From Nageia nagi (taxonomy: Eukaryota; Plantae; Pinophyta), in the NCBI GenBank assembly GCA_050084985.1, contig JBITNC010000001.1, positions 145,266,001-145,330,000 on the forward strand: a stretch of 64,000 nt of DNA. The letters run 5' to 3'. A model generated the notes under the pieces. It saw only the letters and a program-made list of their open reading frames with translations. It was not told the origin of the DNA and ran no database searches. Positions 50,401 to 64,000 of the stretch are shown here, in pieces. Positions within the stretch are counted from its first letter, which is position 1. The number at the start of each line of letters is the position of its first letter. The position numbers and the translations under genes were made by a program.

Positions 50401-53400
50401 GGCACCTCCCTCTCCTCTCTTCCTCTATCAGATGCTCCATTTTTTTTTGCTCCTGCAAAATAATAGAATTGTAATGTTACATTCTTGTTGGAGAATTTAT
50501 TAATGTTGAATCATTACAAATAATTTTATTTTTTAATTCATGTGGAGAGATTTTTCTTACCCATGGGTATTTTTTAAAGTCTTTAAGTCAATTTTGGCCA
50601 TCTTTTCCCATTTCCAAGTAATGGACTTGTTTGACTTGGGCTTTCTTTAATTAAAGGTCACATTTATTTGTACATGTAATGCCAAAAATGCATCCTATAC
50701 AATTGACCAGTCCACAAATAGTTGGTGGAGGATTGAGATGGGGGACAGTAAAATATTTTAAATGGAGACTTTACCATGGACATACATCACTAATGGGCTT
50801 TATTTTTTCCACCTCATGGAGTGGTTGGTGACTCATTTTTTTGACTTTGGCCGATATTTAATTATAGTCACAAATGACTTGTATTTTTCAATAAAGTGCA
50901 TTCATTTTTTTGGGATTTATACTTCCAAGACATAGGCAAGTTTTATTCTACCACTTAGTTTTGGCTAAGGGTATTTTTCATTATACCTTTTTTTGATTTA
51001 TGCGTAGAATTTTTTTATTTATTAGTCCAAAATGATAGCCTTTCTATCTACATGGGCATTATTGGTCTAATCACGCAATACTTTTATTTTTGGGCAATAT
51101 TTACTAAATTTGAGTACAATAGTAGTTAATTTTATTAATGGTATGCACTTGCAATAATTGTATTTATTTAGCCTGGCTCTCTTTCGAAATGCCTATTTTT
51201 ATCCTCCTAGAAACATTTGAAGCCTCATCTCATGATGGGGCTGGCGTAATTAGGGTTCTGCCACTTGGAACCCCATAAAGAGAATACCAATTACATATTA
51301 GAGGTTTATGCCTTTGAGTGGCTCAAAAATAGCAACTGTGGGTTCCATCTTGAGGCCCACCACTTTTCGTGGGTTCCATCATTGAGGCCTACTGCTTTGT
51401 GTGGGTTCCCTCTTGGGGAACCTTGTGTATCTTTCTACAACTCTTCTACCATATGAACCCCTTATTAAATCTCTCATTCTTTCTTGCTCTTATGCCTATG
51501 GGATTTTAATTTACAATAGTCACACTCTTCATTCAATAGTAGTTCCACTATTTGATGCATAGTTTACATTTGTCATACATATTTTTCTTATCTTATTTTT
51601 CATGATGACAATGAAAAAGGGGGAGGATGCATTAATTATTAAATCCTATATTATTCTTAAAAATGCTTATAAATCAAAATTAAGTATTTATTGATTATTT
51701 GCAATCTTCTTATGCACATTATGAATACTTCTTGATTACAAATTAAGCACTTATTGATAGCAAAACTAAGCAAAATCATCGACATGACCAGGAGAGTTGG
51801 AATTAGAACTCTCAAGATTTATGATAGGTGAACTAGGTATATTGAACAACCCAACACAAGTGATTGAGGAGAAATGACACCTAATGTCAAAAAATAGGTA
51901 GTCCATCCATTGATCCCCTTCTCAAATTAATCATGAAACATAAGTGGACTTCCAATGAAGATCTCATCGCCATACTATGAATGCAAAGTATAGGGGTGGT
52001 AGTACTCTTGAGGATGTAGCATGGCAGGACCTATATAATGCAAAAAATGGAAGACCAAAGGTGTCCAAGAATAGTAAAGGATGATCTTCCATGTCTAGTT
52101 TGAGAGATAGACAAGTGTGATTATGAGGTGCAACTGTTTGACATCCTCCAAATGATGGATAAATCAGATGGCCCATCGACGAAGTATTCGATGACCTTGT
52201 ATGTGAACCAAGTTTTGTTGCATAGTAGTCTACAATGCAGTGCAAGTACATCGATAAAGAACTTCTTGGGGAAGATTGGTTTGAAGACCTTGAAAAATGG
52301 TCCTATTCATGATGAATGAAAAATGAGTTAGATTTATATCAGGGTATCATAAATAAGTGAAAGCAATGGTGATCAAATAGAATGAAATGAACTTATAGAA
52401 TTACAAAAATAACTAGATCATCGATCATCAATGGGAACATCAAAATGGATCAAGCACAGAAGCACAAAGACCAATGTAATAGTGTACTTGACCATTGATT
52501 GATTAATCAAAGATTTGAGACATGAATTGCATACTTTATTAAAAAGCTAAAAAAGATTTCCACTAACAAGCCCAAGTTGGTGGCGCTTATGGTGTGATTA
52601 GCGCTCATTATGGTGAATGGTCACCAAAATCAAAAGAATTAGCATCATCTTTAGATGTGCTAGAATTTGATGTGCTCAATCCGAAAAGATATTGATGTGA
52701 AAGAGGCAAAAAGTGATAAGAAAAAGAAAATCGATGATGTAAAATATGATGTCCACCTTGCCAAGCAACATGAAAAGAGTAAGTGGATGAGCATTGTAGA
52801 CGATGCTGATGAACTGCCTATGCAACAGTGAGTGGTTTGAAATACTCTTGTGGATGTAGGGAATACGATTTGATGTAGCGTATGAATTGCAAAAGATAGC
52901 GATTAAATGGGGTATAAACCATTATATGCCATGTCCAATCAGATCAATTGAGCAAATGAAATAATAGGTGAACATGATCATCATGATTGAGATGAAAGAT
53001 CATGCAAATACCATAATAATCATCTAGATATGATTGAAGAAATACTAGTTGCTATTGGAATAAAACCTTAGAGGTGATAACAGAGCGATTTTCTAAAGTT
53101 GCATGAATGCTTCGATGCATTATGTTATCTTGGAGATCGCTTAGTAGGGTATGAAACTGAGAAACATTCATGAAGGATAACTAAAAAAAAAGAGATTTTA
53201 TCTCATATTGTAAAAGCAAAGCATTGAACGAAAAATGAGGATCATTTACGACTATTTATAATGCAAAAGATTTGATATGATCAAACTATAATAATTGTAA
53301 CAACTGGAGATAAGGATTCATTGGACAATGAATCTATGGAGATAAAATATCTCACCTTCTAGTCATTTAATTGATTGATGTAATACGCATCATGTCATAT

Positions 53401-56015
53401 CAAGATTGCAATAATGATAGTACTACTAAGCTGTATGATGACTAAGTAATAGTGCTATTACTATGCTATTTTTCTCTCTCATCTTAAATAATGGGATAAT
53501 TTAATCATGAGCGATAGGTTGATCATCATGATGCCCATAGAGAATTTTATCGTACACATGGGAAGTGCATCCTTGAATTTTGATGAGGAAAAATACGTAT
53601 GGGAAGACTTAGAGAATGCCTACCTTCACCATGAATTAACTATGATAAAGGTCGAGATGGAGATAATGGCCCATCATTACAATATGATACAAAAAGAAAA
53701 AGTTGTATGGATACAATATTACAATGAACTCTTGATTGAGAGAAATAAATTGCTAGCTAAGAAAAATTTATGGAAAATACAAGCAAAAGAGAATAAGGTA
53801 CAAATTAAGTGCGATGCAAGCGATAACCATTGTGGGATGTGATGATTAAAAGAAAAGTGGAAGAAAAGGGCATCCATGTATAAGGATATTTTTTGAAACT
53901 TTGGTATTTGCATTCCAAAGGAAATAGCATCTGAACCTTCTATAGGGACTGCAAAAGCTGGACCACAATCTCAATCATAGCAATTGGACACTCTAGTATG
54001 GAATGGAATTTCTTACACAAAACCCACACATCCTTTATTCACCAAGCCTCTTTTTGAAGTTGGGTTGGTGAAGTATCCCTCTAGAGGGAGTATTGTTTGA
54101 ATTCTTTATTCACTATTGTAATATGTATGAGGGCATTATTGATGACTAATTCAAAACCCAAGCTTATTTTTTGCATTCTTGTTGACTTCTTATATGGTTG
54201 ATTATAAGTATTGGCTTGACATCTTTGTGATGACTTATAGTGCAACCCACATCCAAGCACCTTATTTCTAAGAGAAAGTTCTTGATGAAATAACTGCAGC
54301 TCTATTCATTTACATTTTTTTACTTCCATGTTGGGAAGTTGGATCCATTTTGGTGGATTGTGTCACATTGCTAGATAGTATAAAACTCAAGCAATTTTTT
54401 TGGTTGACTATGAGTATTGGATTGGCATCTCTGTAATGCCTTATAGTGCAACTCAAACCCAAGTTTATTTTTATCTCATTTACTATAAGTATTTGCTTGG
54501 CATCCATAGTGATGACTTATAGTGTAACATAAATTTTTTCTGTATAATTTTGATCTTTATGTACACCTTCATGGTTAGTTTGCTTTGTGTGAGGAACTAT
54601 TGTACTAGTTATTACCTTCATGGTTAGTTCACTTCGTGTGAGGAACTATGTTGAGCATATTGTGTACACCTTCATGGTTAGTTTGCTCTGCATGAGGAAC
54701 TCCTAGTAGAACTTGGTTTCTAATATCATCACTATGTGAGGAATCAGTATGTGCATTTTGGCATTGTTTGATTATCCATATGTGGAAAACCATATGCACT
54801 ATTTCAATTATCACTATGAGAAGAATTAGTATGTGCATTTTTGCACTATTTGGTTATCCATATGTGAGGAATTCATATGTGCTTATGATTTATTTATCAA
54901 CACATGTTTTATATACACCTACTTATGGTTAGTTTGCCTTGTAGGGGAACTATTTTTTTAAAAATAATCGATGTACACCTTTGCAGGATGTTTGCTTTGT
55001 GGAGAAATGTATGGTACTCTCTATTACTTACCAGATGTGCTTATATGTATTGGCTTGGCATATCCATGATGACTTATCATGCACTAGTGGCCACACTCTT
55101 TTTCTTTTATACTTCCATGATGATGGAAGCTAGATCCATGATGATGGATTGTTTACATATCATTGATGAAATTTGAATCCATTTTGATTGATTCATGCTA
55201 CCCAATTTCATCATTTACCTCATAACTCATAGCATGGTTAAGATGGACTTATTGTTATTCATATTGACTCACTCTTGGTAAAGTCAAGATTATTTGTTAT
55301 GCAATATTGAATCCCTCTTGGTAAATTCAAGTTTCTTCATGGCATTTTGTGACTTATGATATTATGTTTTGCCTTTACATCTTGCACTAGGTGTTTGGTT
55401 AAGTTGGCATTTATTTGTGGCCTAATTAATGTCATATTGTCACACATGTATTTGTTTGATGAAGTTGTCATCAAGAGGGAGAAAAATATCATGTTAAATA
55501 TGATGAAATCCTTATATAACAAAAATACAAAAGAAAGAAACAAATTTTATGCTCATATGGATGATCATACTATGTTATGATGATGATATGTAATTTTATG
55601 CACATGAGATATTCTTAGATATCATACTTGATGATATATGTCATCGTTATTGTTGTGCATTTGTGATTACTTGAAATATTTATATGCTTTATTATGATCA
55701 ATGTATGATAGTATGATTCGATTCATGTTGATATGAATGTATGATGCTTCTAACTGATCTTGTCATGAGCTGCTTGTAGCTTGCATGTTTCTTCTAGAGA
55801 TAATAGGTTACTTGTGACAACAGCTTTAAGAATTCTTGTATATTGGCACATGGATATTCAACCTTCTCTCCTTTGTATAAAGTCTTAAAAGGTATCCTAT
55901 CTCTTAAACATTGTAAAGCCTTGTTTGGCTCTATGTACACTTTGTAGAATGAGTAAATGCTCTATGTAAAATCATTATTTTTTCTAATCATTTCCAAAAT
56001 AACATTAAGGGGGAG

Positions 56016-56564
56016 TGTTAGAACTATAATGTTATTTAGTATGTTATTTAATTAATATGTTTTAGCATATTAAGAATCACCTAAATTTGTTTATTAGGTG
56101 ATAATAAGGTTCATGCATGGTGGGTGGAATAGTATTTTCCACTCAACTTAAAATAGCATTTGTTAGGTGGAATAATGTATCCACTAACAATTAAATGTAA
56201 TTTTATATTACAACTTAGGGTTAACTAACCAATTATGGTTAGGTTAGTTAACTACCTAAGGTTAGTTTTGAGTCCTATAAAAGGAGATCATATTGTGAAG
56301 ATTTGTAATGAAAATGAGAAGTAGATAGAAATATGGTTGTAAGAATATTAATATAGATATTAGTTAGTATGATCTTAAGCATGCAAGTTATGCTTCATGC
56401 TATGAAGAGTCATGGTTGAGATCCATGAGATGGAAGAACCACTATACATCTTGTGTTACTATGTGAGAATGCTTCTTATGTTCTTAGTTTTAGAATGATT
56501 GATTGCTATATTACATGAAGGTCCTGCAAGTGTTTTAAGGTTATGGAATTATTTAATTCCATCA
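56016..56564 (+). repeat. 3' LTR
   Basis: Preceded by the PPT; highly similar to the 5' LTR apart from indels. Confidence 0.95.
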
Positions 56565-56743
56565 ATTTTAAGGATCAATAGGTTACAAAGCTGATGACTG
56601 TAGGATCAAAAGTTGATACCAAATGTAGAATTATAGGTTCGCCAACCTTCACATGTTGATAAACACCCATTGGATGATTTTGAATTTTGATACAACCCTT
56701 TAGTTCTTTGGCTTGAATATTTTGAAGAGATATATGATATTTT

Positions 56744-58320
56744 TGTAGGATGAAAAAAAATAGTAATAAATAATCCCAATGCCTACGAAGATCAAAATGA
56801 CCAAAAGTAAATGATAATGGAAATAGATGATATTCATAAGTAACAAACTAGTACCTATCAAGATGAGAAATCAGATACTTACCTATGATACTTATCTATT
56901 GTGGATAAAAGGAAGTATGATATGAAAATAAATAATAGGAAAAAGATACCATAAAAATCACAACTTTTTGATCCGTTAGAAGAGGGTCTCAATTTATCCT
57001 CAATAGAGTGCATCAATCCTTACAAAGTCATTTTTAATCCTTAATGGGCTACCGTTGATCCTCTTGTGGAGGAACTATGTGTCACGATCAAGGTTGATGC
57101 CTTGTTCACCTACTTAGATATTAGAAATATGTGCAATAATGGAAGAATAGCTTACATAATATAAATAGAGTATCCAAATTTTAATTTTGATAAGGTGTGA
57201 AAAAAACATAAAGGGAGTATGCCACTATCAAGCTCAGAATCAATTTTCCAAATCTATCTCGATAGTGAACTAATGTGTATAGGGTATTTATATAGGACTC
57301 CATGATATAACCAACTCCTTGTTTCAATGACCACACCTTGGGCCAAGTGTCACCTACAAAATATAATACACATTAGTTCACTATCATAGATTATGATGAA
57401 ATAATATGAAATACATTTCTAATGATTAGAAGTAATTACATAATTTAACTTTATATAAATCATTAGCCCAACTTTGTAAGTATAATTGAAAAATACAAGT
57501 ATTTGAAAATTATACATTCTAAAGTAAAAAGATAAAGAAATTTATTGAAATTTTTGTTGAAGATGATTGTCCACTTCATGCCCCCTTTTGACTTGGATGT
57601 TCTTTCGCAATAAGGCAAGAAAGAAGGATTCAAGGCAAAAATATGCAAAACAAAGTTCTCTTGAAAAGCCTAAACATCTATCTAAAGGAATCATTGATGA
57701 CAATGCCCCATAGTATTTTTTATTATGTAGAGTACAATCATCTACTAATGAAGGTCATTAACAACTATATCCTTGATTTTTTGTATAATGTGATAATATA
57801 AATGATAAACATAAGTAATAAATAAAATGATAATACCTAATTATTTTATTTAATTATATGAAAAAAACCTATTTGAAATAAAATAATCTTAGGAGACCCT
57901 AAGAAAGCCTCTCCCGAAAAATAGGGCCATCTTAATGTGTAAAAATGGGATTAGTGACAACCCATGGAGGATCGATGGCAATCCCTTTCCTGATTCTATT
58001 TTTCCTAAAATCACTATTATGAGTAGATATCAAGGCAAGCACTGTAATTCTTGGTACTTATTTTGGATTCTTGGTACTTGTTTGGGATTCTATACTTATT
58101 ATATATTCTCATGATTATATGATTCCTTGATAAGCCCACTTCAACGCAAAACACCAATGATCTTATTGGCACCCTATAGTTGAATCCCTTTTGAATGATA
58201 ATCAAGAATAGGATTTGATTAGAAGCCTCAATATGAAATACTAACTTTTGATTTGACACCGCATGTTTAAACCTCCCTATAAAATACCAACATTCCATTT
58301 GGTACCCTATGATTGAAAAT
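56744..58320 (-). mobile_element. Minus-strand LTR/3' UTR fragment of a Tat-like gypsy family
   Basis: TGTAGG terminus at 56744 breaks the host repeat; 57280-58320 is an inverted copy of 59890-61030. Confidence 0.65.
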
Positions 58321-61038
58321 AAAAATGAGAGAATGAGGTACAAGAAACATGCAACCAAGTATGTCATTATAGGGAACACACTTTATAGAATATCATTTGA
58401 AGGTATGCTATCAAGAGATGTTTACACCATAGAAAAACTAAAATTGCACTAGAACAAGCTCATGATGGCATAAATGGTGGCCATTTCAATGGTAGATTAG
58501 TTTGCCAAAGATTTCTTAGAATGGGGAGTCATTGGAAAACTATGAAACAAGATTGATTTCAACATGTAAATATGTGTATCAATTATTACATACAAATTTT
58601 GAACTTACAACTTCACAAGCATTAACAACAATTACATCCACATGGCCATTTTCTATTTGGGCTATTGATCTTATTGGTGTCATCAACCCAAACTCAAGTG
58701 GGTCACAATTTTATCATAACAACCATATAATATTTAATAAAATGGGTTGAGGATATTACTTTGAAGTCTACAATTTCAAGCAGTTGATCAATTTTATTGT
58801 TTAGAATATCATTACAAGATTTGATATTCCTTCAACAATTGTTATGGATAATGGAACAAACCTTAGAAGCAAGGAAATAAGATAATTTTGCAAAATACTT
58901 CATATTGAGAAAAACTTTTCAACACCATATTATCAACAAGGTAATGGAAAAACTAAAGCTTCAAACAAAACCATTAGGAGTATATTGTGCAAAATTGTGC
59001 AAAATAATGGTTGAAATTGGTATGAACAACTTCCATATACTTTATGGGCCTATCATACAAGCATTAGAACTCCAACTGGGGAAACTCCTTTTTTACTTAT
59101 TTATGGAAATAAGGCTATGATTTTTTTAGAACTTAAGATACCATAATTGAGAGTTTCACTTAAAGGTATTATAGATTAAGAAGATCAATGAAAACCAAGA
59201 TTGCAACAACTAGAATCATCGGATGCAAAAGGATCAATGCGCTTGAACATTTAAGAACATATCAGTATAGGATCAAGAGAGAATATGATAATAAATTCAA
59301 ACCCAAGGAATTTCAAATAGGTGATTTGGTATTACTTTAAAATTTATCAAACATTGTAGTCTCTCAAGAACTTAAAGGTAAGTTTCAACCAAATTAAGTT
59401 GGTCCATATGTGGTTACTACAAGTTTTGGTATATGACTGTATAACCTATCAAATTTGAAGGAAGATAAGTCAAAAAGTAATATAATGTGATATACTTGAA
59501 ATGATTTTATGCATAGATAAAGCATCACAAATATTTTGTCACATGAGAATAATGAAAAATGTAAATTTAAGAATAAAAATATAACGAAAAATTAAAATTT
59601 TAAATGCCAATTTTGTAAAAAATAGATCACGGTCGATCCTCAACAAGCTGCAAATGATCATTTTATGAGTTCCTTTTTGTGTGTTTTCAAGTCCTGTAAC
59701 CTCTAGATGGTTTGTTTAGTATGTTCATTAGTTTCATTTGTTCATTTTCAAAATTTTCATGATTATATAGTATATTTTTGTCAATTAAAATGGTGTGTAG
59801 TTTTATTAATTTACCAAAAAAATCACAAAAAAATAAAATAAAATATATTCAAAAATACAAAACATAATCAATCGGCCTTGGTGATATACCAAGGGAGGTT
59901 TCAATCATAGGATGCTAAATGGAATGTTGGTGTTCTTTTATACAACTTCTAATTGTAAAATTTAGAATCAAAAGCAAGAATCACATTACACGCATCGACA
60001 TCTACTTACCACAGTGATTTTATGTGAAACAAAATCATGAAAAGGACCATTGTTGATCCTCCATGAGCCTTTGTTGATCCACATTTTGCACATAATCATG
60101 GTACTATTTTGGGGAGAAACTTTCTTATCTTGGGATCATTTTTCTCTTTAAACAAGTTTGTTTTAACAAAATAAAGAAACATAATCAAGTATTATCATTT
60201 GAGTTATCACTTCTGTTTATCATTTGAGATTATCATAGTTTGCACAAAATCAAGAAGAGAGTCATTAATGACCTTCATTGGTATATGGCTATAATCTATA
60301 GAATCAAACAACAACACTATGGGGCATTACCATCCATGATTCCTTTGGAAATATGGTTACATTTTCCAAGATAGCTTTATTTTGCAGAGTTTTGGTCTTG
60401 AATTATTTTTTCTTCCCTTGCTTGAAAAGAGAATTTGAGGAAACAATGGGGCATGGAGTGGATGATCATCATAAAAAACATCAAAAAAAATTTCAAAGAT
60501 TTTTTTTTATCTTTTACTTTGGAATGCATAACTTTCAAATACTTCCAAAGTGGGGCAAATGTAGTTACATAAATATAATTTATATAATTACTTATAATCA
60601 TTAGAAAGCTATTTCATATTATTTCATTATGGAAATGACTATTCTCTTTCCAAATTCAATCACATACTCTCGGATTATATCAACCAAAAAGATAAAAAAT
60701 AATTGAAACTCCTCCATCTAGATGAATTAGGATCCGATTTTTAAATTTTTTACCATTTCTAGCCATTCTTGAGCCATTCAATATTTTCCATCCAATCTTG
60801 CTATATGCACAAGGTGATATATACCCAATGTTTATGATATATACCTAGAGTATATGGTCAATTTTAGGCAAATATTAGCTAGTTTCTTTCATTATTATCA
60901 ATATTATTTTATTATAATCTATAATAATGGACTAATGTGTATTATGTTTTGTAGGTGATGCTTGGACTAAGATGTGGGAGTTGACCTAAGGAGTGGGTTA
61001 TTACATAGAGTCCCCTATAAATCCCCTATATAAATAAA
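58321..61038 (+). mobile_element. Tat/Ogre-like gypsy relic: integrase pseudogene (~58330-59515) plus 3' region/partial LTR
   Basis: HDGINGGHFNG, WPFSIWAIDLIGVINP, KWVE, YYQQGNG, LWAYHTSIRTPTGETPF, KGKFQPN.VGPYVV. Confidence 0.88.
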
Positions 61039-62190
61039 TGGAGGAAGTAAGTCTAAATGACTAAATTCCTATTCTACCAATATCACATGAAAGCTCTCTA
61101 AAATTCTTTAAGCATTAAGAACATAAACTTAAAGTAGCATTCACACAAGATGATACCAATATAAAGAAGTTCCTCCAACCAGGGGAGTACATCCACTAAT
61201 CTAAGATCTTATTATCAAAGAGAACTCTCTTACAACTCACTTTCTCACTTCCCCTACAACCTAGACAAGAGCATAACTTTGTTACAAAATTGAGTGAGTA
61301 ATCTCAAGGAGAGGGCTCTCTATTTATAGGAAAAAATCCTGCCTTGGATCACTATTTTAATCATTATATGATGTCATGATATACATCAGCCTTTTACCCA
61401 AGGAGCATGCTCATGACATGGAGTGTAGGAAAATTTACATTACCATATTCACAAATAATTAAAAGGTATCTAGGAATACTTTAAGTATTAATGAATTTAC
61501 ATTATCATATTCACTTAATACTTAAGGGTATCTTTAAGTTTTAGTGAATTTACATTACCATATTCACTAAATGATTAAGGTATCTAGGGATAACTTTAAG
61601 TGTTAAGTGAATTACACAAAGAGACCTTATAATAATGCATTATACATTCCAACACCCCCCTTAATGCAATATTGGGGTATAGCAAAGAGCAAAGAAGAAA
61701 GAGAGAGTTATCCTCCATAAAGATACAATCAAAGATGAGAACATTTACATATTTGAGAAATAAGAAAGATATTATATTGAGGCTCACTACTTTACCATTT
61801 GATAAATGGTTTACAATATAATCATTAACCATATCTGGTTTCACTATATAAAGTAGTCATTCAACAACAAGTTGACATAATGAGCCTCCATGAGCCTGCC
61901 CACTCGAAGTAGGTAACATATACTCCCAAGAAGAAACCTATAAGTTACAAGAATCTCACAAACAAGCTTAGACAAATGCATTATACAAATATTCATATCA
62001 ACATAATATAGATGAATCAAGTAATGCCTTTATAAACTGATCAATGGTGCACTACAATTCATCACAAAGGTGCCAAGATAATACTCATAATCACCTATTG
62101 TATAAAAACTATGTATTTATCAATATCACAAAATAAAACATAAGCTGATACAAGTTCCTCACATATGGATAACTAAATAGTACCAAAAGG
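61039..62190 (-). mobile_element. Copia 3' end (3' UTR, PPT, LTR 61039-61654) of the same family as 1-4237
   Basis: Minus strand reads TTAAGGGGGG-TGTTGGAATGTATAATGC. 61655-62190 aligns in reverse with ~3250-3746. The LTR carries about three copies of an internal TTTACATTACCATATTCAC repeat. Confidence 0.88.
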
Positions 62191-64000
62191 TGTTAGAGGA
62201 TTAGCTTCACTTAGGAATATTTAATTATTTTCCTAGGTCTTATTATTTCTAGCTAGTTTGTTATGGTGATAACCACATTTTTATCACTGTGGATTTTTCC
62301 ATTCACACATGGTTAGCATAATTTTTTACACTAGCTTGTATTTTTCCCTATTTATTTGATCTTCATTCTTATTTTGATCCAATCAATTTTGATTGAGCTT
62401 CTTCTAGATTTGTGGTGTTGTGCATTTTCCAAATTCTTGGGCTTGATTTGATTTCCTTGCTAATCCTTTCATAGTTTTAGAGCTATCCAAGAATTTTGCA
62501 AGCATTCAAATCTTGAAGCTCTTTTTCTAATTCTTGTTGGATTCTTTATCTTCAGTGAGGGGTTCCTTGTAGTGTTTATAGCTTGACATACTTGGTGGAT
62601 CTATTTACGACTTCATATGTAGGTGTCATATTCTTCTATCGCAACATTACTCACTTGTAGATCATGACATTTTCATGTTCTATTGATGTGTGTAATACAT
62701 GTCATGTAGTGGTGCTCTCACTCATAATTTCTACCTGATTAGAACTCCACATCACTTAGTCACTCGCATTGCATCTCTAATCTCCTATTGACCCCATGCA
62801 CTTTGCAATTATATTGACTATGACCTAGGCAATATTTACTAGCCTATGGACCTATGAAAACTATTACACCTCATTACTCAGACATCATGCAAAGGCTTTG
62901 CATCTATGGGCACCTCCATAAGTGCCCACAAATTCACATATACCTTTGGATTGCATGCACACCTTCCTGAAGTGTTGCACCCCTTGACACACTATATGTC
63001 CTCTTTTGCATCTGTTAGGCATGGTGCGTAGATCTAATTCACTATTCACAAACCCTCACATCCAAATCTTGGCTCACAATCTTTAGTATACACCCTCACA
63101 TGATCATGACTAAATTTCTTATGCTCGTAGAAAGGAGTTTTGATAATATTCATTGCTATGGATGTGTTTTTTTGGAGCTTGTTTCTAGTAGCCTATCTAA
63201 GATGCTATTATTAGCATTTTTGTTTGCCATTAGATGTGGTTGGGATCTTCATTATTCTCATGCCCACAAGCTAGTTTTCCCTCACATCCACCTTGGCTTG
63301 ACATCCTCATTGGTACTTTCACTAGATCGTGGCTCCTTCCAGAAGTTAGCCTATGTCCTCTCAATGCTACTCGTGGCCCCCTTGATACCTACACAACTTA
63401 GCCACTCCTCCCAGCCACTCATGTGATAACTTCCTACAATCAATTACCCAAAGGTACCCCTCATCACACTTTGTAAATCTGGTTTACAATTTTTTATTTA
63501 AATTTTTGGTCTCCTCTATAGTTCTTTAATATATATATATATATATATATTTTTTTTTTCTAATTTTTTAAATTAGATAAATATTTTTTAATTTTTTTAA
63601 TAATTTGTGGGGGCATTTAATTAATTTTGGAGGCATTGGATTTAAATCCATAACTTGGCCAAACAGACTTGGATTGGAGTTCTATTTTTTGCATTAGAAA
63701 GATGAAGTTGAGAACTTTACAACTATTTGCATTTAATCCTTGATGACTATTTTTTTTGGGGGTGGGGGGGATCCTTTTAAAGTATGAATAAAATTCTTTT
63801 GGGGGGAGTGTATTGGTACTAATTTAGTGCACCCTTTTGTTGCTTGGTTCCTTGGTTTACTTGATGTTTTGAGATGGATCATTCTCCATTTAAAATTGAA
63901 CCTCTCACACCTTATAATAACCACACTTGAAAATCATGGATGTTGAAAGTATTAGCACAAATAGGACTAAACACATTCAATAAAGAAAAAAAATTCACAT
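62191..64000. mobile_element. Unclassified insertion, probably LTR-type
   Basis: Homology to the copia 3' UTR stops abruptly at TGTTAGAGG; (TA)n at ~63528-63550; no domain recognised. Confidence 0.3.

Larger units (their letters stand above)
48790..56564 (+). mobile_element. Full-length non-autonomous LTR element (LARD-like, copia-derived), 7.8 kb
   Basis: LTRs 48790-49396 and 56016-56564 (TG...CA); TSD ATTTT/ATTTT; PBS TGGTATCAGAGC at 49399-49410; PPT TAAGGGGGAG at 56006-56015; no recognisable gag/PR/INT/RT. Confidence 0.93.

Noticed and set aside
54560-55000. Recurrent TGTGAGGAAC motif with variable spacing
   Set aside because: The same motif lies in the copia 3' UTR at 3160-3300 and 62150-62190; it is an ordinary retroelement 3' repeat.
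58017-58379. 120-aa minus-strand ORF
   Set aside because: It spans the junction of two TE fragments and has no domain.

Overview
AT-rich, CpG-depleted land-plant nuclear DNA; the large TE-filled introns and Tat/Ogre-type elements suggest a gymnosperm (inference). One host gene is present: a + strand U2AF large subunit (U2AF65/U2AF2-like). It runs from ATG 17183 to TGA 39113, with 17 core coding exons plus candidate microexons, giving ~530-540 aa (RS region, SGFDLAP ULM-equivalent, RRM1, RRM2, UHM/RRM3). The rest is a transposon graveyard: a three-layer copia>gypsy>copia nest (1-10011), LINE relics, a chromovirus relic, an intact-ended non-coding LTR element with a 5-bp TSD (48790-56564), a Tat integrase relic inside a ~1 kb-arm inverted repeat, and more copia LTRs. 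I found no convincing new biological system. The most interesting items concern splicing of the U2AF65 gene itself: a U12-like donor whose homologous acceptor is 1 nt out of frame, tandem duplications of splice signals, and candidate micro/poison exons. All alignments and coordinates were worked out by eye.
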